Positions 23,901 through 35,700 of a stretch of 64,000 bases of DNA are shown one piece after another. Within the stretch, counting starts at the first letter, position 1, and every line of letters starts with the position of its first letter. This DNA comes from Phoronis australis (lineage: Eukaryota; Animalia; Phoronida). The stretch is taken from positions 330,749 through 394,748 of the forward strand of contig NMRA01000396.1 in assembly GCA_002633005.1 (NCBI GenBank). The letters are read 5' to 3'. Below the pieces are notes generated by a model that was given only the letters and a program-made list of their open reading frames with translations, made no database searches and was not told where the DNA came from. Position numbers and translations under genes: made by a program.

Positions 23901-26900
23901 GATCTCTTGGGTTCAAAGGTCAACTCCTGGATATCATAGTGCTGTACGTCTGTCAAACCCATGAAATTGCAATTTTTCAGCCAATAAAAATAACCTTAGG
24001 TCAAATTTTTGCTTTCTAAACTTGCGTAAGATAAAATGCATCTCACACCTAAGAACCTTAAAACGATAGAATATTACAAAGGCAGCTTTAAAATTAAGTG
24101 AAGAAGCTAGTTCAGATTTTAACTAAATACAATTTCAAAAGTATTTGTAGAAAAGTTATAGTTTACAATGTCATCTAGTTATTCTTAGTAGAATTCAACT
24201 TATTAAAATCAAATATTTGGACCACATTTTCAAATATAAATAAAACAAAATGTTGTTTTAATGAACTTATTGTTTTTCTGTTGGTACCCCGTGTTAGGAA
24301 AGAAATGCTTAGCTTTTGGGAAATTCAAGATGCAAAAATATTCATGCAAAAGAAATCGTAAGATGCTCTAGAGCATACATAAATAACAAGAGACTTAAAG
24401 GAATACATGTCAAGTTGCTATTGCACTGTAATCAACATGTTATTTCTGCTCCGACCTGCTATGCTGTGTTTTGTGTTGAAAAAGCTGATAAGCAGTAGGA
24501 ATCTGTTACCTACTTCATTGAGCATTTTTGTCACACCCTGACTGGCTGTAGGCACTCTTTTTGTGTTTGTCAGTGTATTGGGTCTTTGGGTGGCTTGTAT
24601 GAAATTATTTCATAGCAAATGACTGTGTTGTCTCATCTTACATATTTTTGATCCTTCAATCTTTTTAAGAATTAGGCTAATTTTTTTTTTGCTGAGCTTC
24701 GAGGAGATTAAACATGCATTTGGAAAGGATAGAGGAAACTGTTGGAGAGCACGGGAAGAACAGAGCCAACTGCGAAAAGATTAAATATCTGCTGGAATAT
24801 TCTCTGAAACTCAAAAAATGCTACCGTGGATCAAGAAACTCATAATTGTACTTGCGCATACTGTGATGTGGCATTGTTTAAAGCCTCTCTTTAAATTTGA
24901 AATGAAAGCATGAGTTAACGAGTTGGATGAAAACCTAATCATTGTAATCACTAAATAGAAACCAGCATCTGATAAGTTAGCTCTACATATTCCTAAATCA
25001 TAATTCTAAATGCAATTAATTTAAAATGTCTTGTTTTCACTCTGGAAAACAGCACAGGTGGTTTGAATCAAAGTATGAATGCCAAAGGTCGATGATGTCA
25101 ACTAAACCATATGTTTCACACTTAGTTTTAAGAAGATACTGAGGTCCTGTTACTAATACTTTAAAAACATCATAGTTATTACTTACATGGGCATGCATCA
25201 GAACCATCGGCAGCTTGGACCAGAGAATAAGGGCGAGTTCTATTTTACAAAACAATCAAATGCATTTGTATGACCATGATTAGTAATGTTCTAAACTTTA
25301 TTTCAAATTTTATATTTTTACTGTCATATTTACTGATTAGTTTTGAATTAGTGTTCTATTTTATGCTTAAAAACAGATTTTGCTGATAACTAACAGCTGT
25401 CAAACACAAAATGATTATCACTCTCATTCCCATTGATAATGCTTACCCTCTTCAAAAGGAAGTGAAGATTTTAGGTGACTGTTTTATTTGTTTTAATCAA
25501 ATGTATTGAAAAGTTAAAATTCTAGAGTATATTCCTAGGTCAATCGGTACATTTTAATTAAAAAACATTGAATTAGTAGCAAAAGACCAATATAGCTTAA
25601 ATACTGCAAAAGTTTGAATCATTCTAAATTGATGTCTTAGTCACAACAAATAACTTAATACTAGAATTTCAGAGCGTACGTCCATCACGTACGTCCATCA
25701 CACTAATTCAACTTACATCGAGCTGTCTGACAAAAATTTCTTAGAAGATCAAAAAAATTAGTGTGTTGCACTGTGCAAACATTCCACTAAGTCATCATGT
25801 GAAACATAAAATTGTAACTTAATGCAACTCACAGAAAATTATTGTGAAAAATTTTTTTTAAAAATCAAATTCTCTGCGTATGTCCGTCACACCCCTTTAA
25901 AGGCAATTTTCTGTCAGATTTAAGGATAGGGGAAAAGGTGATACATTTTTTGAAAGCTATGAGGGAGACCTATCAATTGATGTATTATTGTCGTAGGAAG
26001 AAAATCTTTTTTCACAATTCGCCAAAAAGCTTCTGATGAATGAAGGGTCTAGGCTACGGGAACATCACCGTCTCTACTGCAAAGCGCTCAGCACTGGACA
26101 TTACCACAGCCTCAACCACAGGCACTTTTAGGAGCCACCTGACACGATTCTAAAACAGAGAAAGGTACACAGATGCTATTCAATATGGTCAACCACCTGG
26201 CAATTCCATAACAACTAAAAACATGCCCATCTGGAAGTAATTTTTTGTGTCCCACATTTTATCAACAACTGCAACACGTTCACTGATTACATTTGTTGAC
26301 GACACCGATAAATACCATTAGTACCGGATTATCCTAAATCAATTGGCAACATTCAAGGTGAAGGGTCTCGACCTACTCTTTCCATTTACGGCTATCGATG
26401 CGTGTGCTCATTAGGGCGCTACCACCTGAACGCTTACATCAACTAAAAGTACAGGGTACATGCTGATACGGAGTGGCTCCTAACATGTTGATTGCTGGAA
26501 GGAGCAAAGACTGTAGATGCATCCGAAAGTGTCCATCTATACGGAAAAGGTACTTAGCAAGGTGACTGATGGTTTAGCGAGTGTGTTCCAGAATTTGCCG
26601 AAATGCTTCCCACGTTGTGAGTGTCTGTGGGATGGCCATGGTCTCCGAGCCGCCTAGTTCAGAGGTGGTATCAGGTGTCTGCAAGCCAGCCACTGTAGTT
26701 GTATGAGGACTTAATGTCAAAATACAAATAGGAAATATGCATTTTTATGCGTGCTTTCTGTAAAGTTATTCTCATTCTGAAAGCTACGTATTTTGTATGG
26801 AAGTTCAAAATAGAGTGAAAAGGTGCCGAAGAGGGGTTCTCTGCCTCATGCATGTTATCATTTGATTTAAAACTGATTGTCTTCACACCTTTTTATGCGC

Positions 26901-29900
26901 CCACATATTTATATGTGGGTGCATATTGCCGTCATCTCTGTCTGGGTGTCTGGCATCCGCAGCTGTATTCCTAAACCCCTTGTAGGATCTTATTGAAATT
27001 TGGCAGGTGTGTCTCTATGGGGTTTGCCTCTTGAAAGGTCCTCAACCGATTTTCATGAAATTTGGCACTTAGGCATCTATTAATGTGGTGACGCTATCCT
27101 TTCGTTTTCGGATGGATTCGAGGTATTTTGCACTACCTAGTGGCCATTTTTACTGTTTTCGAGTCTGTCTTTTGGCGTCCATCCCTCCATCAACCAAACT
27201 GGTCAAAGAATGATTGCAAAAATTGTCAAGTATGTTCTTACTGTGAAGTGGACGGCTGACGATGGTTTTCCGACGACTTCAAGTACTATGGCGCCTCCTA
27301 GTAGCAATTTTGTTTTTTTTGCGCCTGTGGGTTAATCTCCTAAACGGTTTGCAGGATCTTTACTAAATTTAGTAAGTGCATTTATATGATGTTAATAATG
27401 CAGGATAACGACTATCAGACAGATCTGACTACTGGTGTGCCACCTAGTGGCAATTTTATTTTTTACGTTTACCTCTCTATCTTCAATGTATTTTCATAAA
27501 ATTTTGCATGTTATACAGTCATCTGTTAATGAGATGATGCCATCTCTCCATTTTCAGATGGATTCTACCTAGTTTGCGCCACCTAGTGGCCATTTTTACT
27601 GTTTTCGAGTCTGCTTTTAGGCGTCCACTTGTCTATCAACCAAACCGCTTTCAGGATAATTGTGAAAATTGGAATGTATGTCTTAACTATGAAGTGGACG
27701 GCTGACGATGATTTTCCAACTTTGATTACTGTGGCGCCTCCTGTGGGCAGTTTTGTTTTTGGGCTCATGGCTGTATTTCCTAAACCGTTTGCAGGATCTT
27801 TACTTGATTTAGAAAGTGTATTTATATGATGTTGACAACGAACAATGATAACTTTCGGATGGATCTGACCACTCGTGTGCCCCCTAGTGGCAATTTTAGT
27901 TTTTTGCGTTTACCTCTGTATCTTCAAAGGTCCAAAACAGATTTTCATAAAATTTTGAATATAGGCATCTATTGAAGAGATGGCGCTTTGCTCCTGTTTT
28001 TTGGATGGAATCTAGGTATTTTGCGCCACCTAGTGGCCATTTGTGCTGTTTTCAAACCCTTGTCAACCAAATCCTTCTAGGGATGGTTTTGAAAATTGAA
28101 ATGTTCTTAGTGTGAAGACGACATTTGATGATGGCGACTGACTACTGTGGCGCCTCCTAGTGGTAGCTCTGTTTTGTTTTGCATCCATAGCTGTATTTGG
28201 ATGGATTGTACGTTTTTGCACCATCTAGTGGCCATTTTTTGATACAAATAAATAACCCTAAAAGCACACCATTTGCGGTGCATTTGTGGGCATATTTCAA
28301 CGCTCCGCGTTGCTCTTGTTTTCAGATTTAAACCTCCTCCTGCTAATGGGCCAATTTTAGATGCCACGCCAGAGTACATGAACCTGTTAGGAATGGTCTT
28401 TAGCATGTGTGGACTGATGATGAAGGTAGGTAAATGTTCCATAGAGACAGGATTGAAAGGTGAGGTTAAAAACTTCAAAATATTTATAATTTATTATTAC
28501 GTACACGACCACTGATACTTCTGTCTTCTGATTGGCTGAAATGCAATATAGCTTCCATTATGAGGTGATGATGACTACCTATCCTGGGATCATCACTTTT
28601 CATTCATGCCACCCTGGCGATGGATGCTCGTGGTCTGAGGAATTACAGGCTGCTGACACTATAAACCCCTGATCGTGTGAACAAAACATGCAGATGATGA
28701 CAGTACATCAGAGCAGGTGAGAACATGCCAATCTTGTAAGAAACGGAAAAATCAAAGGAAAGAAGCATTTTTTCGTCGTATAATAAAACAAATGTTTAAG
28801 CTTTGGGACTGAAGGTGAAATTCAAAAATCCTAGGATATCCGTGGTTGGTTGCATGAAGTAGTCCCAAAGGGACTCAACTATGTTCTCTAAATTCTCCTG
28901 GCATTTCTGGACTTTCTGTAAACACTGATTGTCTTCTCTTCTGCTCTTTTATCTGCATTGCTATGTTAAGCCTAGAGCTTTTAGTGAGAGAATTAATTCT
29001 ATGTTGAGCTTTTAATCTTATTGATTGAAGTTAACAGGGGCCTTTTCATGCCCAAATTTATGGACTTGGTCCTTATCTATTTTCATTGAAATAACGGCTC
29101 AATTTTCAAATACGATATTAGACAAAGCAGTACCCACAATAAAGATAAAATTACAACACGAGTGATTGATCCAAGTCTCCAAATGTGCTTGTAATTAAGG
29201 GAACATAGTTGAATCCGTATTGGAACTGTTTCAACCAAACAGGAACTGATCTTTTAGGTAGCCTATATAATGGCTGGTTTCTGCAAACACCCCTGGTAAC
29301 TGCCTAACAGCTGACTGGCCAGACAACTACATGAGTCTGGCTGCACTGGGCTACTGCTTCGCCCTGTCTTTCATATTGTTGCTACCTAGTTGGAACTAAA
29401 AGTTTCTTGGAATTGTGCTGCTGAATTTTCGCTGACCTCGCTAAAATGTTACTTTTATCACTGCTGAGCTATGTTTATTTTCGTTTATGAAGATGTACAA
29501 TGCCTTCATCGATGCTTCTGTCTGTTGTTATTTGTTAAGCACACATGCTTTAATCTTGTGCCTTTTCTCTTATTATTTCAGCTGAAGTGGGCTGCCTGGG
29601 CTGCTGTCTTCTGTTCATTCATTAGTTTCGCCAACTCTCGTTCATCCGAAGATACAAAACAGATGCTCAGTAGTTTCATGTATGTATTTGAAACCAATGT
29701 AGTGCATGTATTGAATGGTTTATTCAGCATTAATTAACCCTAAATGTAATACAGTACAACACTGTGGAATGTATTATAACACTGCACAAATTTAATTTAG
29801 ACAGACATTGCCATGAGAAAACATGCTGATTGAATTTTTTTTTTTTTGATTTCCTTAAATTTTGCTTGCCTTCAGCATAAGAAATGACCAATTAAGTCTT

Positions 29901-30049
29901 GTTCACACATATAAAAACTGTACTGAGTTTGTTTTGATATCTTAAAGTATTAGCTTAATTTTTTGTTGGTCATTTTCAGGTTATCCATTTCTGCTGTTGT
30001 CATGTCCTATCTTCAAAACCCAGTTCCAATGACCCCTCCATGGCAGTGA
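20952..30049 (+). CDS. WDR83OS: PAT complex subunit Asterix (WDR83OS/PAT10), CDS join(20952..20998, 28326..28425, 29582..29679, 29980..30049), 104 aa
   Basis: Spliced translation [104 protein letters not shown] closely matches the Asterix family as I recall it. All junctions are GT-AG and phases are consistent (315 nt). Confidence 0.95.
21120..22695 (+). mobile_element. Non-autonomous TIR DNA element (pogo/Tc1-mariner-like by its ends)
   Basis: Ends taggagaagttcgg... and ...ccgaactacccct; internal reiterated GGGGAAAxTCGGACA motifs. Superfamily is inferred. Confidence 0.55.
21864..22383. mobile_element. hAT-like MITE with 6-bp TSD, nested in the 21120 element
   Basis: Perfect 13-bp TIR CAGGGCTTGGAAT/ATTCCAAGCCCTG; TSD ATTAAG on both sides. 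Confidence 0.8.
22710..23266 (-). mobile_element. Second, truncated inverted copy of the 21120 element
   Basis: Reverse complement of ~21120-21613 with moderate divergence and a small indel. Confidence 0.75.
23350..23748 (-). mobile_element. Second, decayed miniature LTR element with a tRNA-like LTR
   Basis: Full TG...CA LTR at 23589-23748 and a partial diverged LTR at 23350-23424, both ending gtgtcacaaca. Purine tract (plus ctccgttccttcct) abuts the LTR. The minus-strand LTR contains a tRNA-like TGGCTGAACAG...CTCTCAC...GGTTTAAGTCCC. Confidence 0.6.
26892..28320 (+). mobile_element. Helentron-associated non-autonomous element (HINE/DINE-1/pearl-like) with internal ~150-bp tandem repeats
   Basis: Starts in a T run with TTTTATGCGCCCAC plus a short palindrome; internal tandem units; 3' subterminal inverted gtgggcata and a terminal ctcttgtt. 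Same family as 47603-48926. Confidence 0.75.
28326..28425 (+). CDS. WDR83OS: Asterix exon 2
   Basis: ttcag acceptor; FKPPP...[20 protein letters not shown]; AAG|gtaggt donor. Confidence 0.93.
29582..29679 (+). CDS. WDR83OS: Asterix exon 3
   Basis: tttcag acceptor; [33 protein letters not shown]; AT|gtatgt donor. Confidence 0.95.
29980..30049 (+). CDS. WDR83OS: Asterix exon 4 (terminal)
   Basis: ttttcag acceptor; [25 protein letters not shown]. Confidence 0.93.
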
Positions 30050-30363
30050 TGAGGATTACTTGGACCAACAGAGAAACACAGAGAGAGTGTCTTATGAGGC
30101 GTTGGATTGAGCGGACATTAAAATTGTGCAATGTGTCAAAATGAACTTGGAACTATGTGCTCACCTAGAGCAATCATGGGAGTGTGGACACTTCAGAGAC
30201 CATGTCATTTTACATCTATATTATTATCATTCTTCATCATGTTTCAAGTATGATCACAGCATGTACTGTCCCTGATTATTTAAAAAATATCCAGAAGTAA
30301 TGGGAAAGTAAAGGGCCTTGTTTTTGTGAGAAGTGGGATTCCTAAGCTGTGCTATTTCTGGGA

Positions 30364-30369
30364 AATAAA
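30364..30369 (+). promoter_or_regulatory. Candidate Asterix polyadenylation signal (AATAAA)
   Basis: AATAAA about 315 nt after the stop, followed by a GT-rich stretch (gtgtttcagtgttgtgt). Confidence 0.4.
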
Positions 30370-31827
30370 GACACTCCGAGGAGTGTTTCAGTGTTGTGTA
30401 AGATGTATTGGAAAAATTGCCACATGTTGTTGAAATGAAAACTTTTCCTTAATGAATCACTGTTGTGTCTGCTTTAAAGTAATGACCAGGGCACATGCTT
30501 TGCCTCAAGTTGTTTAGTTTGTTTCTGAAAAGGGTCCACACAGGTTTCTAAAAATCTCCCTTGGGAATGTTTTTAAAATTACTTCCCTGAACACTTTGCA
30601 CAAGCATGATTGCCAGACCTACCATTTTTCGTTTAAAGGCCGAGTACTTTGTTGCAAATCGTGGAAGCTTAACCCAATGGTGATTTCTTACCTCAGGACC
30701 TCTACACAGCACAAACTAAGCTAATGATAGACAAAATTATATTAATATTTATTTTTGTTGCACAACTTGACAAAATAAAGTTTTTCTTGTTCTTTCATAT
30801 TGCACTGGAAATAGGAAGGAAATTACCCAAATTTTCTAACGAGCCATCTCCCTTGGACCACTGTGTTTTTTAGGGTATGTAAGCCAGAAATCCGTAGTTA
30901 ACAACGTCAGTGCTCAATCAGTGGAAAGTGGAAACGTTGAAATATTTTCCTATTGACCTACTCGCCTCACAGAGGCGCGAAATTATGGCGAGGGAAACAT
31001 ACTAAAGCTTGCTTGTTTTGATGCCATTCATCTGATTGGTAGTGTTAAAGGGTGCGTCTTGGTTAGTTAGTTTTAAGGCCATGAATATCGCAATGGACAC
31101 GTAGCAGTTCTAGTTAAACTACACCCCTGTAGAACGACAGGTCATTTTGTCACAGCACTCCTTGCAGTTTATCGTGACAACTTGGACCTGCAACACCTGA
31201 ACCAACAATTAAGAAGTTATGAAACTTTCTGTCGGCATGACAATTTTGATCGTTGTGACAACTTGTGTGTGCTCAGTGGTTCTGCCTCTTGGTCTGTCAA
31301 TGTATGGCAAGCGAGATTTTGTCGGTCTGTTTTGCGTTTTCAAAAACATTTTACTGTTTTATGAACAAAAAATTGCATGTCCAAATCTACCACTCAGTCC
31401 AAACTATGAGAATTAAATCTGGGGTCATGGTTGTTTGAGCATTCCGGTCAACACGAATTTCCAGTATAAACCCGTGGCGGATTTTTAAGGGGGCCAAGCT
31501 ATTAAGGGGCTCATAGCCCTCCCAAACTCTTCCAGATTCCACTTGGAAGTTGGGGGGTGCTAGTGTCTGACCTGTTAAAACCTGACTAACACTCTGCCCT
31601 GCCCCTCCCCCAAACAAAAAATCTTGGATCCCCCTACAACCCCTGAATTGGTCATACATGTAATTAATCCACACTGATCGCCAGGTTACCGGCCACTTCT
31701 TCCGTGATCGCCAGAATTCTTAACCCAGGTCGTCTCGATGTTTGCCCATTTTTCCATCGAAGAGATTTTGTAGCTAGTAGGGGTGGCCTTTGGGTGCCTT
31801 GAGCTATACTTAACATATAGTTTATTT

Positions 31828-31945
31828 CATGGGCGGCGCAGCACTGAAAAAAGTGGGGGGCTAAAGCCCCCTCNAGCCCAGCACTGAAAAACGTGGGGGA
31901 CTATACCCCCCACCGCTCCCAGCCCCCTATGTTGCGCCGCCCAAG
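31828..31945. mobile_element. Short GC-rich MITE
   Basis: Inverted ends catgggcggcgcagca / tgttgcgccgcccaag and an internal duplicated cagcactgaaaaa. Confidence 0.55.
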
Positions 31946-32669
31946 CATTATGGTTAATTGTCCACGAAATCCTTGCCCTGTTTGGTAGCAGTTGACAATC
32001 ATTGGCACTCGTCACTTGATGTACATGTAGGGCTCTGCGCATTGTTCCAATTCCGGCTATTCCAATTTCGACAGTCTCTTGGTCAGTAAAGGAAAATCCT
32101 CGTTTTGGGATGCGATCGGTAGGTGTTGTTCACAACTGTTTTCTTATTCATTAGAGTACAAAAGCGTAGGATATATGCTAAATGTCTAGGCTAGGATTTA
32201 GTCATGCTTGCAAGTGCCCCATTGACTTAAACTTTGTGATCCTCTTCGTACTAGGTTTATCGAACGATCGAAGAAAAATAGATAGTTATTTGAAAAAATC
32301 AACTGTCTGAATAGTTTAATGTGGAAACACTAAGTAAACATGTTCAGTATTTTGCTATTTCGCATAGCCTTTCAACGTCAAAAACCGTTGATTTACTGTT
32401 GCAGCGTCTTATGTCTTCCTGATATGGACCATAAACTTCCGCAGTTTTCAATATCTCAAACTTCAGCTGGGAAATTGATCGACAGTTGAACAACTGACTT
32501 ATCAACCGTGAAGAACTAATATTGGAGCAGCTCCACCTTTAGTTTACCAAAAATAACTTTTAGTGATATAGATCCTCCGAAATCGGTTTCATCTTGCTTG
32601 TTGCTTCTCATATTATGGTTTCTAGGCTAGAGAAGACTAATTTACAGGCCGTTGTTGCCCAACTAGACG

Positions 32670-32763
32670 AGGCTCGTTCCAACAGAATTGACTTAATTAG
32701 CTAAGACAAATCTTAAATTTAAGTCAAAAATGAACTTAAGTCAGTTTCTTGGAACAGGCCCCA
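32670..32763. mobile_element. Small palindromic MITE (Harbinger-like)
   Basis: Inverted ends ggctcgttccaa / ttggaacaggcc with gacttaa repeats; similar ends at ~14935-14950 and 34582-34790. Confidence 0.45.
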
Positions 32764-35700
32764 GACCTGCCTGTGGTACGGGAGTCAATCTACTTTCAGC
32801 CATCAAAGGCCGTCAGGGAAATTCCAAGTTCATTATAACAAGTTTCGAACAATACAAATTAAACATAAAATAGCGATGACGTTGCCTAGAAAAACCAAAC
32901 AGGCCTGTGTTGAAACTTAACTTTTAATCCGTGTACTAAGGTAAGGATGGAGGTATTTCGGCAAACCTCCACTTGAATAAAACTGACTTTGTACAAATTT
33001 GTGCTGGCGTATTACTCAGCGTGATTGGCTTCATGCTCCGGCACACATTCGGTAAATACGGAAGTGCTTGGGGACGACTTCACTTGATGACCACTTATAT
33101 GGGGCTGCTTATAGCTTTTCGACTGGATCAATGTTAATAAAGTTCAAGCAAAAAGAGGCCCGAAAATTATGTTTCCTAGAAATTATTATTTTCACAAAAA
33201 TACCAGTTAACTGAAATTGAATTTTTCAATCCATTGGGATTTCGAAAGTGCATATTGTCATGGGCTGAAAATAAACAGTGCAGTGTCTTGATGAAACGGT
33301 TGTGAAATAACTTCTCGAAGGTTGACATCTACCAGTAACCTCGCTGCCCGAGCATGCGTTTATCCGGCCTGACACGATCACATCACAGAAACAAAATTTT
33401 GGTTTGACATCAGGGCACGGTGTCTAATTTTTGCAAACCATGGAGTACTTGCACAAATGTATTACAGAAATGTCAAAAATAGTTTCGAGCTAAACGGTTT
33501 GAGTAGAAAGGATTATAAAATTTATCTAGCAACATTTTGTTGGTCAAACTACATAACTTACATACTAAAAGGCGAATGCGTCAGTGCTTTTCAATGCAAC
33601 TTGATTATTTTTATTTGCCAAACAAACTCTAGTGTTGATTTAGTAGATTCGTATCATGTTTCAGGCTCAGCCGAAGGCACACCCGAGTGTCATTTCCCAA
33701 TATTGTACCAGGAAGTAAAACGTACGGCAAATGAATACAGCAAAAGCATAGTTTTACTTTCTTCATTACAGACGGTAAACATGCAGACGTCTACGGTGAT
33801 TATACCAACCCATTCACTCTGACTATTCTATCAAAAAGGCTACACGATTCAGTAACAATGAGCAGGCCTATTGCCTCGCGCTCATTTCAAAAGACGCCTA
33901 AGGTGCAATATCAGGTACATGTGCCGAACGAGGATTGGTTGAATTCGATAAGAACAACGGAGTTTAGTATTCTTTTAAACTCACGTAAGGTATTAACCGG
34001 TTAACCCGGATAAACTGTCTGTCATTAGACCGCCAGGAGGCTTTTCACTGCTTCCCTTGCTCAGAACTATTCAGGAAGCAAGACAACCTCCTGATGTGAT
34101 CGAGGACTGGGTGTAAGCGTGGTTTACTGATTAGACGGCACAACTCCGCCTGGCTCTTACAGTGCTCAAGCTCCAAGTAAGTGCAGTGTTGGACTCAGTA
34201 AGTGGTGTCCTTTCAGGCAAATTTCGTTAACGGCCGTTCAGTGGTACATTTATACGCCTTTGCCAAACTGCGATAATTTTGTCCATAAACATGCACGGGG
34301 ATGTGATGAATTTTAATATTATTTTTTGAAAAGAACTTAAAGGAGGCTAGATATTTTTTTTTTCTTTTTTATGGCTGTATACATGTACGTGCGAATTTTG
34401 TTTAGCGAAATATGCAGTAGCTGCTCTGAACAAATCTTGATGCCAAACTGGGCGCCGGGACTACACCAACTCTCAAAGTATCTTTAAATAATAGTTGGTA
34501 TTAAATGTTACGGAACAAAATATCTGTCTCCCGGTCGACAATAAACGGTGCAACAATCGCCATCGACATCCATGGTCACAATGGCCGATTTCATAAAGGT
34601 GGTTTAAAGTTAAACCTGTTTAAACTGGATTTAGACCAGGTTTAAATTTAATCTGCATTCCATAAAAGTGGTTTAACTTTTAAACCAGTAGTTTAGTAAA
34701 ACCTGGTTAAACTCCAGTTTAGACCTGGTCTAAGTCAGTTCTTCATTTCACCAGCAGGGACATATTCTTAAGACCTGTATTATATACTTAGACTTTTCGG
34801 TCACTCCCAGGTTAAAAACTGTTAAACATGGCAGACTTGAACGTTATAGATGCAACAGAAAAGATGTCCGTGCGGCGTGCAATTACGACAGTTTTGAGCG
34901 AGAATGGATTATTTCCAATTTTTAGTTTTACAACGGCACAATGAGATCAAACGTAGCAGGGGGTCGGGTCAAAGATTTGTTTAAAAAAGGAGGTCAAAGT
35001 CAACAACTTTAAAACTATGGATTTGATATCCGTATCTATAAAATCAAGGAAAAAGGGGGGTCTAGACCCCTTGACCCCCTGGATCCCCGGCCTATGAGCA
35101 GACCGGTGTTGCAGGGTGTCCGTCAAATTCAGAATACGACTGGTCGACCAGGGCGTCATAATTGTGAGCACTACGGGTTTAACTAAAGAAGGCATCTTCT
35201 GACATTTCTGAGTTCAACTGATGAAATTTTGCCAACTCCATGGATCCTTGCCGGTTACTACTTGAGGGATTGTGGGGGGGGGGGGCAAAAGGTGCACCAA
35301 CTGAGAATTTACTAATAGGCTCCAAAATGGTGTTTTGTAACTTATAAGCGTACTTGCAGTGGAAGTCGAGTATTGGAAGCAACACGATTGTAGAGCGTGG
35401 TTTGTATACTGTGCCTTGCGTACTCATTGTAATCCAACACCAGCCTTTATATATTTTACTTACAGTAGATCGCTCGAGTAAGATTACATCTCCTCTCGTG
35501 CGAGCTAATCCGGCGTTGGCATAAGAGCCGGAGTCCGCTCAAAAATACATCGGCAAAGAGATAATTTACGAGAAAGGGGAGCAGAAGAAATGATGTGCAG
35601 TTATGAAAGCATAAGTGGTAGTTTGGGTGCGGACTAACGAAATGTTGTCCATTTCTATGACAATATTTGTCATTCAATTGCTGGTGAGCCGACCCGTGGA

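Noticed and set aside
23781-26025. Possible large TIR element (gggcaattccgtgaaaa ... tttttcacaattcgcc)
   Set aside because: End match is weak, and there is no TSD or recognisable transposase motif.
28565-28638. Possible intronic C/D snoRNA (GTGATGA...CTGA) in Asterix intron 2
   Set aside because: No terminal stem next to the boxes, no rRNA guide that I recognise, and it sits in repeat-like sequence. Needs snoscan or Rfam.
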